Below are positions 29,653-39,252 of a stretch of 64,000 nucleotides of DNA, in pieces. Made by a program: the position numbers and the translations under genes. Positions within the stretch are counted from its first letter, which is position 1. The number at the start of each line of letters is the position of its first letter. Origin of the DNA: Gammaproteobacteria bacterium (GTDB lineage Bacteria; Pseudomonadota; Gammaproteobacteria; Steroidobacterales; PWYM01); contig PWZL01000102.1 in NCBI GenBank assembly GCA_003567475.1, positions 3,132 to 67,131 of the forward strand, read 5' to 3'. The notes under the pieces are model-generated. The model was not told where the DNA came from. It ran no database searches and saw nothing but the letters and a program-made list of their open reading frames with translations.

Positions 29653-30803
29653 ACGGCGAGCGCTGCATCCTGCACGTCGACATGGATGCCTTCTATGCGA
29701 GTATCGAGCAACGCGATGATCCCGAACTCCGCGGCCGCCCGGTCGCCGTCGGCGGCACGGGCCAACGAGGCGTCGTGGCGGCCGCCAGCTACGAAGCCAG
29801 ACGCTACGGTGTGCGCTCGGCGATGCCGGTGGGCGAAGCGCTCCGGCGCTGCCCCGAACTCGTCCGGGTGCCGCCGCGCATGGCGCTCTATCGACAGGTG
29901 TCGGTGCAGATTTTTGAGATCTTTTCGCGCTATACCCCCGAGATCGAGGGGCTGTCACTCGACGAAGCCTTTCTGGACGTGACCGCAAGCCTCGCACTGT
30001 TCGGCTCGCCGCTGATGTTGGCCAAGCGACTCAAGACCGACATTCACCGGGAGACGGGATTGACCGCCTCGGTGGGGATCGCACCCAACAAACTGGTGGC
30101 CAAGATCGCCTCGGACCTGGAGAAACCTGATGGTCTGTGCGAAGTGACACGGCAGCGGCTTCACGCGGTGCTCGATCCGCTGCCGGTTGCCGTGTTGCCC
30201 GGATTGGGACCTCGCAGTCAACCCGGGCTGGCGCGGCTGGGCATTCGTACCCTCGGACAGTTGCGCAGCGCCGCTGCCGATCGCCTTCGCGCGGTCCTCG
30301 GTCGACAGACGGACGCACTGCAACGACGTGCCGCCGGCGAAGATGACCGACCTGTCGTGGTACACCGCGAAGAGAAGTCCATCAGCAGCGAAGAGACCTT
30401 CGATGAGGACCTGCCCCTCGGGCCGGCGCTGGAACGCCAGCTTGCCCGCCTGGCCGACCGCACCGCCAGCCGTCTCCGGAGCAAGCGCCTGCTTGCCGGC
30501 ACGGTCGTGCTCAAGATCCGCCGCGCCGACTTCACCACGAGCACCCGGCAACAGGGTCTAGGGGTACCCAGTTGCGAAACCGCCGTGATCAGTGCCACAG
30601 CACGAGCGCTGCTCAAGGCATGGGGTGCGGCGCAGCCTGCGGTTCGCGTTCGCCTGGTCGGCGTCGGCGTCACCGGACTCGTCGCCGCCAGTCAGCTCGG
30701 GCTCTTCGGCGAGAGCTCGAGCGGGCAGGTCGACGCAGCGACCGACAGCATCCGCGAGCGCTTTGGCACAGCGGCGCTGACCCGGGCCCGGACACTCCGG
30801 TGA
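29649..30803 (+). CDS. dinB: DNA polymerase IV
   Basis: ILHVDMDAFYASIEQRDDPELRGRPVAVGG and SLDEAFLDVT. The ATG at 29649 forms an ATGA overlap with the upstream stop. Confidence 0.95.
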   Translation: MNGERCILHVDMDAFYASIEQRDDPELRGRPVAVGGTGQRGVVAAASYEARRYGVRSAMPVGEALRRCPELVRVPPRMALYRQVSVQIFEIFSRYTPEIEGLSLDEAFLDVTASLALFGSPLMLAKRLKTDIHRETGLTASVGIAPNKLVAKIASDLEKPDGLCEVTRQRLHAVLDPLPVAVLPGLGPRSQPGLARLGIRTLGQLRSAAADRLRAVLGRQTDALQRRAAGEDDRPVVVHREEKSISSEETFDEDLPLGPALERQLARLADRTASRLRSKRLLAGTVVLKIRRADFTTSTRQQGLGVPSCETAVISATARALLKAWGAAQPAVRVRLVGVGVTGLVAASQLGLFGESSSGQVDAATDSIRERFGTAALTRARTLR

Positions 30804-30872
30804 CCCCCGCACCGGCGCCACGACAGGTTCCGGTTTGGGGCGACGCGGCCGCATGCTAATGTAACGCTCAAC

Positions 30873-32498
30873 ATGTACTTACAGTTCTTCGGGCTCAACG
30901 AGAAGCCGTTCGCGATCACCCCGGATCCGCGCTACCTCTACATGAGTGCGCGGCATGCGGACGCGCTCGCGCACCTGCTCTATGGCATCTCCGAGAGCGG
31001 CGGCTTCATCCAGCTCACCGGCGAGATCGGCACCGGCAAGACCACGCTGGTCCGGAGCATGCTGGAACAGACGCCGGAAAACGCCGACATTGCATTGATC
31101 CTGAATTCGCAGGTGACGGCCATCGAGTTCCTGCAGGGGATCGGCGACGAACTCGGTATCGCGCCGCCCGAGGCTCCCGGCAGCACCAAGGCGCTGGTCG
31201 ATGCGCTGAACACCCATCTGCTGGCGGCCCACGCCCGCGGGCGGCGCACGGTACTGGTGGTCGACGAGGCTCAGAATCTGCGCCCGGAGGTCCTCGAACA
31301 GGTCCGGCTGCTGACCAATCTCGAGACGGCGCGGCACAAACTGCTCCAGATCATCCTCATCGGGCAACCGGAACTCCGCGAATTGCTCGACCGCCACGAT
31401 CTTCGCCAGTTGGCCCAGCGGATCACCGGACGCTATCACCTCGAACCGCTCGATCGAGACGACACCACGCGCTACGTGGACCATCGGCTCAGGGTAGCCG
31501 GGGCGCCGACCCAATTGTTCACGCCAGCCGGCTTGCGTGAGCTCTATACGCGCTCGGGCGGGGTGCCGCGCCTGATCAATATCCTCGCCGATCGGGCGCT
31601 GCTGGGCGCCTACAGCCGGGAGTTGCCCCAGGTCGACGGGCGTCTGGTCCGGGAAGCGGCACGTGAGGTCTTCGACCGCGACAGCCGCCGCAGCCCACGC
31701 CGCTGGCTCGCCGCCCCTGCCGCGCTGGCAATCATCCTGGCAACGGCGGCCGCGTGGCAGCTGCTGGACCGTCCCGCGGCCCTGGATGAGGCGCCAAACG
31801 CAGACACCATCCACCCTATCCGGCTCGCCGGGATGGCCCCGGCCGCCGCGCCGGTACCGCCGCCCGGCGTCGATCTCGTCACGCTCGAGCAACTGCTGTC
31901 GCTCGGGATGGACACCAGCACCGACGGGGCGTTCGAGACGCTCTTCGGCCTCTGGAACACACCCTATCGCCGCGGCGAAGGCCTGGCCTGCGAACAGGCC
32001 GACCGGCACGGGCTCGCCTGCCTGTTCCAGCGGGGCTCGCTGAGCCACCTGATGAAACTAGGCCGGCCCTCGATTCTCAATCTCGTGGATGCCGATGGCG
32101 CGGCACACCAGATCGTACTGACCTCCGTGGATGGGGACGCGGCGGAAGTCGGCATCGACGGTGAACGCTTCTGGATCAGCGTGCCGGAACTCTCCGACTA
32201 CTGGTTCGGGGACTACCTGCTGCTGTGGCGGCCAGAGGGTGATCCGCGTCAGACCCTTCGCGTCGGGATGCGGGACCCCCGGGTGGTCTGGCTGCGCGCG
32301 GCGCTGGCGCAACTGACCGGTGAACCGCTGCCCCCCGCGGATTCCCCGCTGTTCGATGAATCGGTCGAGGCGCGCGTGCGCGACTATCAGCGCAGCCGTC
32401 GACTGGCGGTTGACGGGCTGGTCGGTCCCAGAACGCTCATCATCCTGCAGAGCGAACTCGACGACGGGCCTTCACCGCGACTGGCCGGAGGCGGCTGA
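30873..32498 (+). CDS. exeA: ExeA/GspA-type AAA ATPase with C-terminal peptidoglycan-binding domain
   Basis: MYLQFFGLNEKPFAITPDPRYLY N-terminus. Walker A GEIGTGKTT. Walker B VLVVDEAQNL. C-terminal VRDYQRSRRLAVDGLVGPRTL (PG_binding_1-like). Confidence 0.85.
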   Translation: MYLQFFGLNEKPFAITPDPRYLYMSARHADALAHLLYGISESGGFIQLTGEIGTGKTTLVRSMLEQTPENADIALILNSQVTAIEFLQGIGDELGIAPPEAPGSTKALVDALNTHLLAAHARGRRTVLVVDEAQNLRPEVLEQVRLLTNLETARHKLLQIILIGQPELRELLDRHDLRQLAQRITGRYHLEPLDRDDTTRYVDHRLRVAGAPTQLFTPAGLRELYTRSGGVPRLINILADRALLGAYSRELPQVDGRLVREAAREVFDRDSRRSPRRWLAAPAALAIILATAAAWQLLDRPAALDEAPNADTIHPIRLAGMAPAAAPVPPPGVDLVTLEQLLSLGMDTSTDGAFETLFGLWNTPYRRGEGLACEQADRHGLACLFQRGSLSHLMKLGRPSILNLVDADGAAHQIVLTSVDGDAAEVGIDGERFWISVPELSDYWFGDYLLLWRPEGDPRQTLRVGMRDPRVVWLRAALAQLTGEPLPPADSPLFDESVEARVRDYQRSRRLAVDGLVGPRTLIILQSELDDGPSPRLAGGG

Positions 32499-32499
32499 G

Positions 32500-33168
32500 A
32501 TGTCCATCATCCTCGACGCCCTGCGCAAGTCCGACAACGAACGCCGCCGACAGGAACGCCCGAGCATCAGCCAACTGCCGCCGGTCACGGCCGGTACGGC
32601 GATGCCGGGCTGGGTCTTCACGATACTTGGCGTCCTGGCAACCCTGGTTGTCGTCCTGGCCGTCGCGTTCTGGCACTTCGCGGGCTCGGCCGGCGGCCGG
32701 ATGCCGACAGCTGCGCACCAGGCAGCGGATCAGACCAACGACTCCGGGGCGCGGGCAGGCCTGGAGCAGCGCCAGGAGCAGGCCCCGGCGGCGGCGGCGC
32801 GCCCACTCGCGCGCGAGATTCCGCCTGCACCGACCACCGACACCCCGCGGCCAGGAGAACAGGCTGCGCCCACCGCCGCGCCCCCATCTTCACCAGCACC
32901 CGCCGGCACCACGGTCACGCCACCGGCGGCGACATCCGATCTGCCCTCATTCGACGAATTGATGGCCAGAGGGGAGCTCAGCGTGCCGGGTCTGCACATG
33001 GACCTGCACGTCTACGCCACCGATCCGGCCCAGCGGTTCGTCTTCATCAACGGGCAACGGCTGCGTCACGGCGATGAGTTCGCGGGCGGCGTGCGCATTG
33101 TGGAGATCCTCGCCGACGGCGTCATCCTGCAGCACGACGGCAGACGCTTCGTGCTGCCGCGTGACTGA
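32500..33168 (+). CDS. gspB: GspB/ExeB-like general secretion accessory protein
   Basis: MSIILDALRKSDNERRR N-terminus typical of GspB. One TM helix and a Pro/Ala-rich linker. The ATG at 32500 lies one nt after the exeA stop. Confidence 0.6.
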   Translation: MSIILDALRKSDNERRRQERPSISQLPPVTAGTAMPGWVFTILGVLATLVVVLAVAFWHFAGSAGGRMPTAAHQAADQTNDSGARAGLEQRQEQAPAAAARPLAREIPPAPTTDTPRPGEQAAPTAAPPSSPAPAGTTVTPPAATSDLPSFDELMARGELSVPGLHMDLHVYATDPAQRFVFINGQRLRHGDEFAGGVRIVEILADGVILQHDGRRFVLPRD

Positions 33169-33208
33169 GCCCGTCAACGCCGCCAACGGCCGACTCACCT
33201 GACGATGG

Positions 33209-35104
33209 ATGACCATGAGCACAACCGCAGACTCTCTCGATCTCGAAGACTTTGGCGCCCGACAGGTGGGCGCAATTGCCTATCTGGATGGTGCACGACT
33301 CCGCCGTGCGCTGCGCGCCGGGATCGCACGCCTGATGGCCGGGCAGGAGCATCTCAACAAGATCAACGTGTTTCCGATCCCCGACGGCGACACCGGAACC
33401 AACATGGCGCTGACCATGCACTCGGTGCTGCAGGCGCTGGAGACCTGCAGGGAAAGCCATGCAGGCCGCACGCTGAGCACCATTGCCGATGCGGCGCTCG
33501 ATGGCGCACGCGGAAATTCGGGTGCCATTCTTGCGCAGTTCTTCCAGGGCCTCTCGGACGCAACCGTCGACCTGTCGCGATTGCGTCCGAGCGACTTCTC
33601 CGCGGCGGTGGCCACCGGCGCGCAGTATGCGCGCGAGGCACTGTCTGAACCTCGCGAGGGCACCGTCCTCTCGGTGCTGGGCGATTTCGCCCACGAAATG
33701 CAGGAACGGGTTGGCGACGGCGCCCGCGACTTCGGCGAACTGCTGGGCCGCGGCCTCGAGCGTGCGCGCGACTCGCTCGCCCGGACGCCCGAGCGGCTGG
33801 AGGCTCTGCGTCGCGCTGGCGTCGTCGACGCCGGAGCCGAAGGCTTTGTGCTGCTGCTGGCCGGGATGCACCGCTTCCTGACCGCCGGCTCACTGCGTGA
33901 GCGGCCCGAGCCGCCGGCGGCCGTGCTGCTCGCCAGCGAAGAGGAACTGGCCATCGATCATGGCGAGGAGACTCACCGCTACTGCACGGAATGCATGGTC
34001 ACCGGCGAGGACATCGACCGGCGCCGGCTACGCGAGGAACTGGCGCGACTCGGCAGCAGTCTGGTGCTCGCCGGCACCCACGCGAAGTGCAAGATCCATA
34101 TCCATGTCGATGAACCTCAGGCGGTGTTCAGGCTTGCCGAACAGTTCGGCGTAGTCTCTGGAGAAAAGGCCGACGACATGTTTCGCCAGCAGGCCAGCGC
34201 CCATCACCGGTCGGGCCAGCGCGTGGCGGTCATCACCGACTCCGCTGCGGACATTCCCGACGAGGAGTTCGAACGCCTGAACCTGCAAATGGTGCCGGTG
34301 CGGGTGATGTTCGGAGACCGGAGTTATCTCGACAAGATCAGCCTGTCGAACGCCGAGTTCTTCCGGGAGCTCACCACCAATCCCAACCATCCGACCACCT
34401 CGCAGCCGGCCCCTGGCGATTTCCGCAGACTCTACGGATTTCTCGCTTCGCATTATGAACACGTGGTGTCGATCAACCTGAGCACACGCGTCAGCGGTAC
34501 CTTGCAGGCTGCGAAATCCGCGGCCAGTCGTGTGGAGCCGCGGGGTCGCGTCACGGTGGTCGACTCGCGGAACGTCTCGTTGGGTCAGGGACTGGTGGTG
34601 ATGCATGCGGCACGGTGCGCCCAGGCCGGCATGGACGCCAGCGCCGTGGTCCGCGAGGCCGAGCGGGTCGCCGGCGAGACCTTCTCCTTCGGGCTATTGC
34701 GCAACCTTGATTACGCGGTACGGGGTGGACGGGTGCCGCGTTCGCGTAAAGTCGTCGCCGATCTCCTGCGGATCACTCCGGTGCTGTCGACGACACCAGA
34801 GGGCATGGTGGTGGCCAACGGTGTCATCCTGGGGCGGCGTCACGCACTACCGAAGTTCGTCGACTATATCCTCAAGCGCATCGATACATCGCGCCCCTGG
34901 CGGGTCTCGGTGGGCGATGCCCAGGATCCGGAGGGGGCCGAATTCCTCGCCGACGCGCTGGCGCAACGGCTGCCGAAGCTCGCAACACTTTATCGTGCTC
35001 CCCTCGGCACGGCCTTTGGCGTTCACGGCGGGCCAGGCACACTGGTCGTCTCGCTGCAGGCGGCGGATGGCGACCCGGCGATGCTGGATCCAAGGCATGC
35101 CTGA
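33209..35104 (+). CDS. Dak2 (DhaL/FakA-like) domain fused to a DegV (FakB-like) fatty-acid-binding domain
   Basis: N-terminal FPIPDGDTGTNM and GARGNSGAILAQF (Dak2). Middle HRYCTECMV...SLVLAGTHAKCKIHIHVDEP (YloV/FakA-type). C-terminal VAVITDSAADIPDE...PTTSQPAPGDF...NLSTRVSGTLQAA (DegV signatures). Confidence 0.8.
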   Translation: MTMSTTADSLDLEDFGARQVGAIAYLDGARLRRALRAGIARLMAGQEHLNKINVFPIPDGDTGTNMALTMHSVLQALETCRESHAGRTLSTIADAALDGARGNSGAILAQFFQGLSDATVDLSRLRPSDFSAAVATGAQYAREALSEPREGTVLSVLGDFAHEMQERVGDGARDFGELLGRGLERARDSLARTPERLEALRRAGVVDAGAEGFVLLLAGMHRFLTAGSLRERPEPPAAVLLASEEELAIDHGEETHRYCTECMVTGEDIDRRRLREELARLGSSLVLAGTHAKCKIHIHVDEPQAVFRLAEQFGVVSGEKADDMFRQQASAHHRSGQRVAVITDSAADIPDEEFERLNLQMVPVRVMFGDRSYLDKISLSNAEFFRELTTNPNHPTTSQPAPGDFRRLYGFLASHYEHVVSINLSTRVSGTLQAAKSAASRVEPRGRVTVVDSRNVSLGQGLVVMHAARCAQAGMDASAVVREAERVAGETFSFGLLRNLDYAVRGGRVPRSRKVVADLLRITPVLSTTPEGMVVANGVILGRRHALPKFVDYILKRIDTSRPWRVSVGDAQDPEGAEFLADALAQRLPKLATLYRAPLGTAFGVHGGPGTLVVSLQAADGDPAMLDPRHA

Positions 35105-35161
35105 AGCCCTCTCTCGGGAGTCGAGGGTGTCCGGCAGTCGAACACTCGGCAGGCCAACGAC

Positions 35162-35482
35162 ATGGACGCCCTGATCGCCAACCTCTGGATCATCGCGCTG
35201 GCCGGTCTGATCGTCACCGGCGTCGCGCTCCAGCGGCGTTTTGCCTCACTGCGCCGCTTGATCGCGGACCATCATGGGGAGCTGGCCAGCGAACTCGGGG
35301 GCAGGCCCGGTGCACCACCGGCGATTCCCGACGTTTTGCAATGGCTGATCGCAGGGCGCTGGTTGCAGGTGGAGGATCCGCTGCTGAGAGCCTACGGGGC
35401 AACCTGCCTGCGTCTTCTTAAGCTCTGCCTGGCGTGGCTGGTGGGGCTGCTCGCGGCTGCCCTGCTCACCAGCGGCATCTAG
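35162..35482 (+). CDS. Hypothetical membrane protein
   Basis: N- and C-terminal hydrophobic helices only. No family recognised. Confidence 0.35.
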   Translation: MDALIANLWIIALAGLIVTGVALQRRFASLRRLIADHHGELASELGGRPGAPPAIPDVLQWLIAGRWLQVEDPLLRAYGATCLRLLKLCLAWLVGLLAAALLTSGI

Positions 35483-35542
35483 CCCGCGACTGGGATACCA
35501 TCAACGCTCTCGCGGGTTGCGGACATCGCGCCCATATCGGTC

Positions 35543-36205
35543 ATGGAGGCCCATCGCATGAATCTGCTCGCCAGCCTGAGTCGCCTCGCCAAAGCGCGGC
35601 GCGATCGTCGCCGACGGCCCGAGGTGAACGATTTCGTCCTGGCGGCGGCGGCCCTCGGACACGGTGACATCGCTATCGACTGCGGGGCGAATGTCGGGCT
35701 GTATACGGCAAAGATGGCGGCCAACGGCGCACGGGTCTTCGCCTTCGAACCAGACCCCGCAGCGCATGCGCGATTGTTGCAGGCGACAGGCGATTTGCCG
35801 AATGTCACCGTCTACCAGGCCGCGGTCACCACGCGGCCTGGCCCGGTCAAGCTCTATCTGCACAAGTGGGCCGAGCAGGATCCCGTGTACTGGTCCACCG
35901 GCTCATCGTTGCTGGAGAGCAAGAACAACATCCGAACAGACCGCTACGTCGAGGTCGAGGGGATGGTGCTGGCCGATTTCATCGAGTCGCTCGATGGCCC
36001 GGTCAGACTGCTCAAGATGGACATTGAGGGGGCGGAGGTGGAAGTGCTCAATCAGCTTCTCGACCGCGGCCTGCACACGCGCATCGAGGCTGCGTTCGTC
36101 GAGGTACACGACCGACGAGTGGCGGCACTTCGCGAACCGACGCAAAGACTGCGCGAGCGCCTGGATCAGCTGCAGGCAAGCCAGTTCCGGCTCGACTGGC
36201 GCTGA
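35543..36205 (+). CDS. FkbM-family methyltransferase
   Basis: AIDCGANVGLYT SAM-binding motif, VFAFEPDP, LLKMDIEGAEVEVL. Confidence 0.8.
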   Translation: MEAHRMNLLASLSRLAKARRDRRRRPEVNDFVLAAAALGHGDIAIDCGANVGLYTAKMAANGARVFAFEPDPAAHARLLQATGDLPNVTVYQAAVTTRPGPVKLYLHKWAEQDPVYWSTGSSLLESKNNIRTDRYVEVEGMVLADFIESLDGPVRLLKMDIEGAEVEVLNQLLDRGLHTRIEAAFVEVHDRRVAALREPTQRLRERLDQLQASQFRLDWR

Positions 36206-36218
36206 GCCGGGGGCACTG

Positions 36219-37217
36219 TCACTTCAGCTCGTCTCTGGTGCGCACCGCTGCGAGCGCCTCGGGTTCTCGCAGCCGCATCTGCGACTCGCGAATACGCGCC
36301 CGCAACCGGGTGTTGAATTCGCTGCCTGTGTAGCGTCCCTTGGAGAGGTGCCGGATGCGCACCACACCGGGAATCGGCAGGCCCACACCCTTGCTGCGGA
36401 CCAACCAACGGTAGGCCCCATCCTCATGCGCCTTGGTCCAGACGGGCGATGGTGCCTGGTAGAGCGGGATGGCCCGGCAATAGCCCACTGCCCGGCAGAT
36501 ATCCCCATGGGCAATCTGTAACGGTCCGGTAGCGTGCTTGCGGGGACGCACCTGCAGAGGCATATCGCCGATGGCGAGGACTGCCGGCGCGTTGCGACCT
36601 GCGGCCAGCAGTGGCGCATCGTCCGGTAGCAGCGGGGTACAGTGTTCTTCGAGGGGATAGACCAGCGCATCGCGGCGCCCCTGCAGCGCTGCCGCGAGCG
36701 TATCCAGACAGCCGGCCTCGAACAGCACGTCGCAATCCGTGAACCAGACCCAGTCCGCCGTCGAGGCAAGCGCCGCGGCATTGCGGCCGATCCCCCGTCG
36801 AAACAGCTGCTCTGGCGGAAACTCACGCCACTGCCAGGTGACATTCTCCACCTCGAGCGAGGCGAAATACTCGAGCACGCGGACAGTCTCGACATCACTG
36901 TCGGAATACAGCACCGTCATCGTGACGGCACACTCACGCGGCGGATGGCGCACCAGGGAACTCAGCTGGTACACCAGAAGGTGCGAGTAATTCCAGCAGT
37001 GGGACACAATTTCCACGGCAAGCCGACCCGTCCGGGCGGACCTGGCCTCGACGGCCGGCAAATCGGGTTCTATCCAGCGGGCCGGGACAAGGCCTTTGGC
37101 CATCATCCGCCACGCAGCGAGCCGGATGGCGCCAAGAATGCCGTTGGTTCCGTTCCTCATCCCGGACACTCGCCGCGTGTAAACGATGATCGGCAAGTAT
37201 GGCCGTCGACATGTCAC
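36219..37217 (-). CDS. Glycosyltransferase-like protein (GT-A fold, family-2-like)
   Basis: VEIVSHCWNYSHLL..., an acidic DxD-like WVWFTDCDVLF, overall GT2-like layout. Family assignment is tentative. Start is GTG 37217 or ATG 37160. Confidence 0.45.
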   Translation of the reverse strand: MTCRRPYLPIIVYTRRVSGMRNGTNGILGAIRLAAWRMMAKGLVPARWIEPDLPAVEARSARTGRLAVEIVSHCWNYSHLLVYQLSSLVRHPPRECAVTMTVLYSDSDVETVRVLEYFASLEVENVTWQWREFPPEQLFRRGIGRNAAALASTADWVWFTDCDVLFEAGCLDTLAAALQGRRDALVYPLEEHCTPLLPDDAPLLAAGRNAPAVLAIGDMPLQVRPRKHATGPLQIAHGDICRAVGYCRAIPLYQAPSPVWTKAHEDGAYRWLVRSKGVGLPIPGVVRIRHLSKGRYTGSEFNTRLRARIRESQMRLREPEALAAVRTRDELK

Positions 37218-37252
37218 GTAAATGTCGTGTAAACATGAAATGGATGTGAAAC
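37217..37252. promoter_or_regulatory. 11-bp-phased direct repeats in the divergent promoter region (candidate OmpR-family binding site)
   Basis: GTAAAT (37218) and GTAAAC (37229). TGAAAT (37236) and TGAAAC (37247). Each pair is 11 bp apart. AT-rich, immediately upstream of the response-regulator gene. Confidence 0.3.
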
Positions 37253-37276
37253 GAGGAGGCCCGCGACCGCGCCGCC

Positions 37277-37951
37277 ATGCAGATCCTGATCATCGAAGAC
37301 AACCGCGACCTGGCCACCAACCTCGTGGAGTACCTTGACGCCTGCGGGCACACGGTCGATGCCGCCATGGATGGCCCGTCGGGGCTGAAGCTGGCGCTGT
37401 CGGGCGACTTCGATGCCATCGTGCTCGATCTGGGTCTGCCACGCCTGGGCGGCACCCAGCTGTGCGAGCAGCTGCGCGCTGCCGGGCGGGCTACCCCGAT
37501 CATCATGTTGACCGGCCGTGCGGAACTGGACGACCGGATCCTGGGCCTTGAGATCGGCGCGGATGACTATCTGGTCAAGCCTGTGGCCTTGCGTGAGCTC
37601 GAGGCCCGCCTGCGCGCTCACGTGCGCCGGGCGCGAGGGGGCCTGGACGAGGGTATTCTGACGGTGGCAGACCTCGAGCTGGATGAACGCTGCGTGCGGG
37701 TCACGCGGGCAGGACAGCCGATCGTCCTCGCAAGACTCGATTTCGAGCTCTTGCGGCTGTTGATGCGGGCTTCCCCGGCGGTAGTCACCCGGACACGGCT
37801 GGAGCGCGAGCTTTGGGGCGACCAGCCCCCGCGCAGCGATGCCCTGCGCAACCACATCCACATTCTGCGGCGTCTGATCGACCGACCGTTCCCCCGGCCG
37901 CTGCTGCAGACTGTCCACGGCACCGGTTATCGCCTGGCCGCACCGGAATGA
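37277..37951 (+). CDS. OmpR-family response regulator
   Basis: MQILIIEDNRDL, DAIVLDLGLP, winged-helix C-terminus ...LLQTVHGTGYRL. Confidence 0.9.
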   Translation: MQILIIEDNRDLATNLVEYLDACGHTVDAAMDGPSGLKLALSGDFDAIVLDLGLPRLGGTQLCEQLRAAGRATPIIMLTGRAELDDRILGLEIGADDYLVKPVALRELEARLRAHVRRARGGLDEGILTVADLELDERCVRVTRAGQPIVLARLDFELLRLLMRASPAVVTRTRLERELWGDQPPRSDALRNHIHILRRLIDRPFPRPLLQTVHGTGYRLAAPE

Positions 37952-39252
37952 CGCGCTACCGTGACAGCCTGCGATTCCGGATTCTCCTGTCGTTCGTCGC
38001 CGTCGGCGCGATCCTGGGCCCACTGGTCGCCGGCAGTCTGCTCTGGATCACCCATCAGCTTGAAGAGCGCGCGGTGCTGCGAATGACCACCGAGCGCCTC
38101 GGTGCGGTCGTCCGCGACCCTGCCGCCTATCAGCTCGAGCTCAGGGGCAGCCCTCCGGGAGTGCAGGTCCTGGTCAGCCCGGAGGCCGCCGGGATGACCG
38201 ACGACATGCTGGCGCTGGCAGACGGCACCCACGAATACCATAGCGACCAGGGTGCGTGGGTGATCGCTCTGGAGAGCCGGGCGGGCACACGCTACGCGGT
38301 GCTGGCGGATATCACCGCGCTGGATAAACGTGAAGATCTCATCCTGACGACTGTGGCGGCAGGCACGGCGCTCGCGATCGTGATCGCCTCTTGGCTCGGC
38401 TTTTACATGTCCCGGCGGCTGCTCGCGCCCTTGCAGCGCCTGTCGCAGTGGGCGGAGCATGCGAGCGGCTCCCGCACCCCCCGCCCCCCCGTCGAGGGCC
38501 TCGCCCGGGACGAGGTCGGTACCCTGGGACATGCGCTGGATCAATATGCGCGCCTGATGCACGAAAGCCTGGCCAGAGAGCGGGAGTTCTCCGCCAATGT
38601 CAGCCATGAACTGCGGACCCCGATCACGATCATCCAGAACGCCGCCGAGCTGATAGAACTGGACCCGGGCGTCTCGACCAAGACCCGAAACGCCGCGACC
38701 CGGATCGTCTCGGCCACGCGCCGACTGGCCGATACCATCACCGTACTCATGACGCTGGCCAGGGACCCTGCAGACCGGCGCACCGATGAGCAGGTCGATG
38801 TGGCCACGCTGGTCGCCAGAAGCGTGGACGAGCTCACCGACGCGCAGGTGGAGGCCGCACCACTGGTCCGCTGCCGGATTCAGGCAACACCGACCGTGAT
38901 AGCGCCACCGGTGGTGGTGACGGCAATTGCCCAGAACCTCGTGCGCAACGCGCTGGAACACGCCGGCGCGAGCAGGATAGAGGTGACCGTGTACGCAGAC
39001 CGCCTCGAGGTCCGGGACGACGGCGTCGGCATCGAGACCGATGAGCTCCCACGAATCCTCGAGCGCGGCGTCCGGGGCAGCATGGCAGCGGGCGACGGCA
39101 GCGGACTGGGTTTGGCCCTCGTCAACCACCTGTGTCTCCGCAATGGCTGGCGGCTCACCCTCAAGAGCCGGACGCCGGGCGGCACCCAGGTTGCGTGGCA
39201 CTTCGAGGAGACGAGGGCACGCAGCCGCCGCCGCGCCGAGTTCAGGCGCTGA
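37948..39252 (+). CDS. Sensor histidine kinase
   Basis: ATGA overlap with the regulator stop. Two TM helices. H-box FSANVSHELRTPIT. ATP-binding domain with RDDGVGIE and GSGLGLALV. Confidence 0.9.
   Translation: MTRYRDSLRFRILLSFVAVGAILGPLVAGSLLWITHQLEERAVLRMTTERLGAVVRDPAAYQLELRGSPPGVQVLVSPEAAGMTDDMLALADGTHEYHSDQGAWVIALESRAGTRYAVLADITALDKREDLILTTVAAGTALAIVIASWLGFYMSRRLLAPLQRLSQWAEHASGSRTPRPPVEGLARDEVGTLGHALDQYARLMHESLAREREFSANVSHELRTPITIIQNAAELIELDPGVSTKTRNAATRIVSATRRLADTITVLMTLARDPADRRTDEQVDVATLVARSVDELTDAQVEAAPLVRCRIQATPTVIAPPVVVTAIAQNLVRNALEHAGASRIEVTVYADRLEVRDDGVGIETDELPRILERGVRGSMAAGDGSGLGLALVNHLCLRNGWRLTLKSRTPGGTQVAWHFEETRARSRRRAEFRR

Noticed and set aside
30879-32048. Minus-strand 389-aa ORF opposite exeA. 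Similar cases are 37927..39306 opposite the histidine kinase, 40846..42093 opposite the ABC-2 genes and 10905..11915 opposite the DUF1838 gene.
   Set aside because: In each case the other strand has Walker, H-box or signal-peptide motifs. These frames have no recognisable features and a skewed composition.
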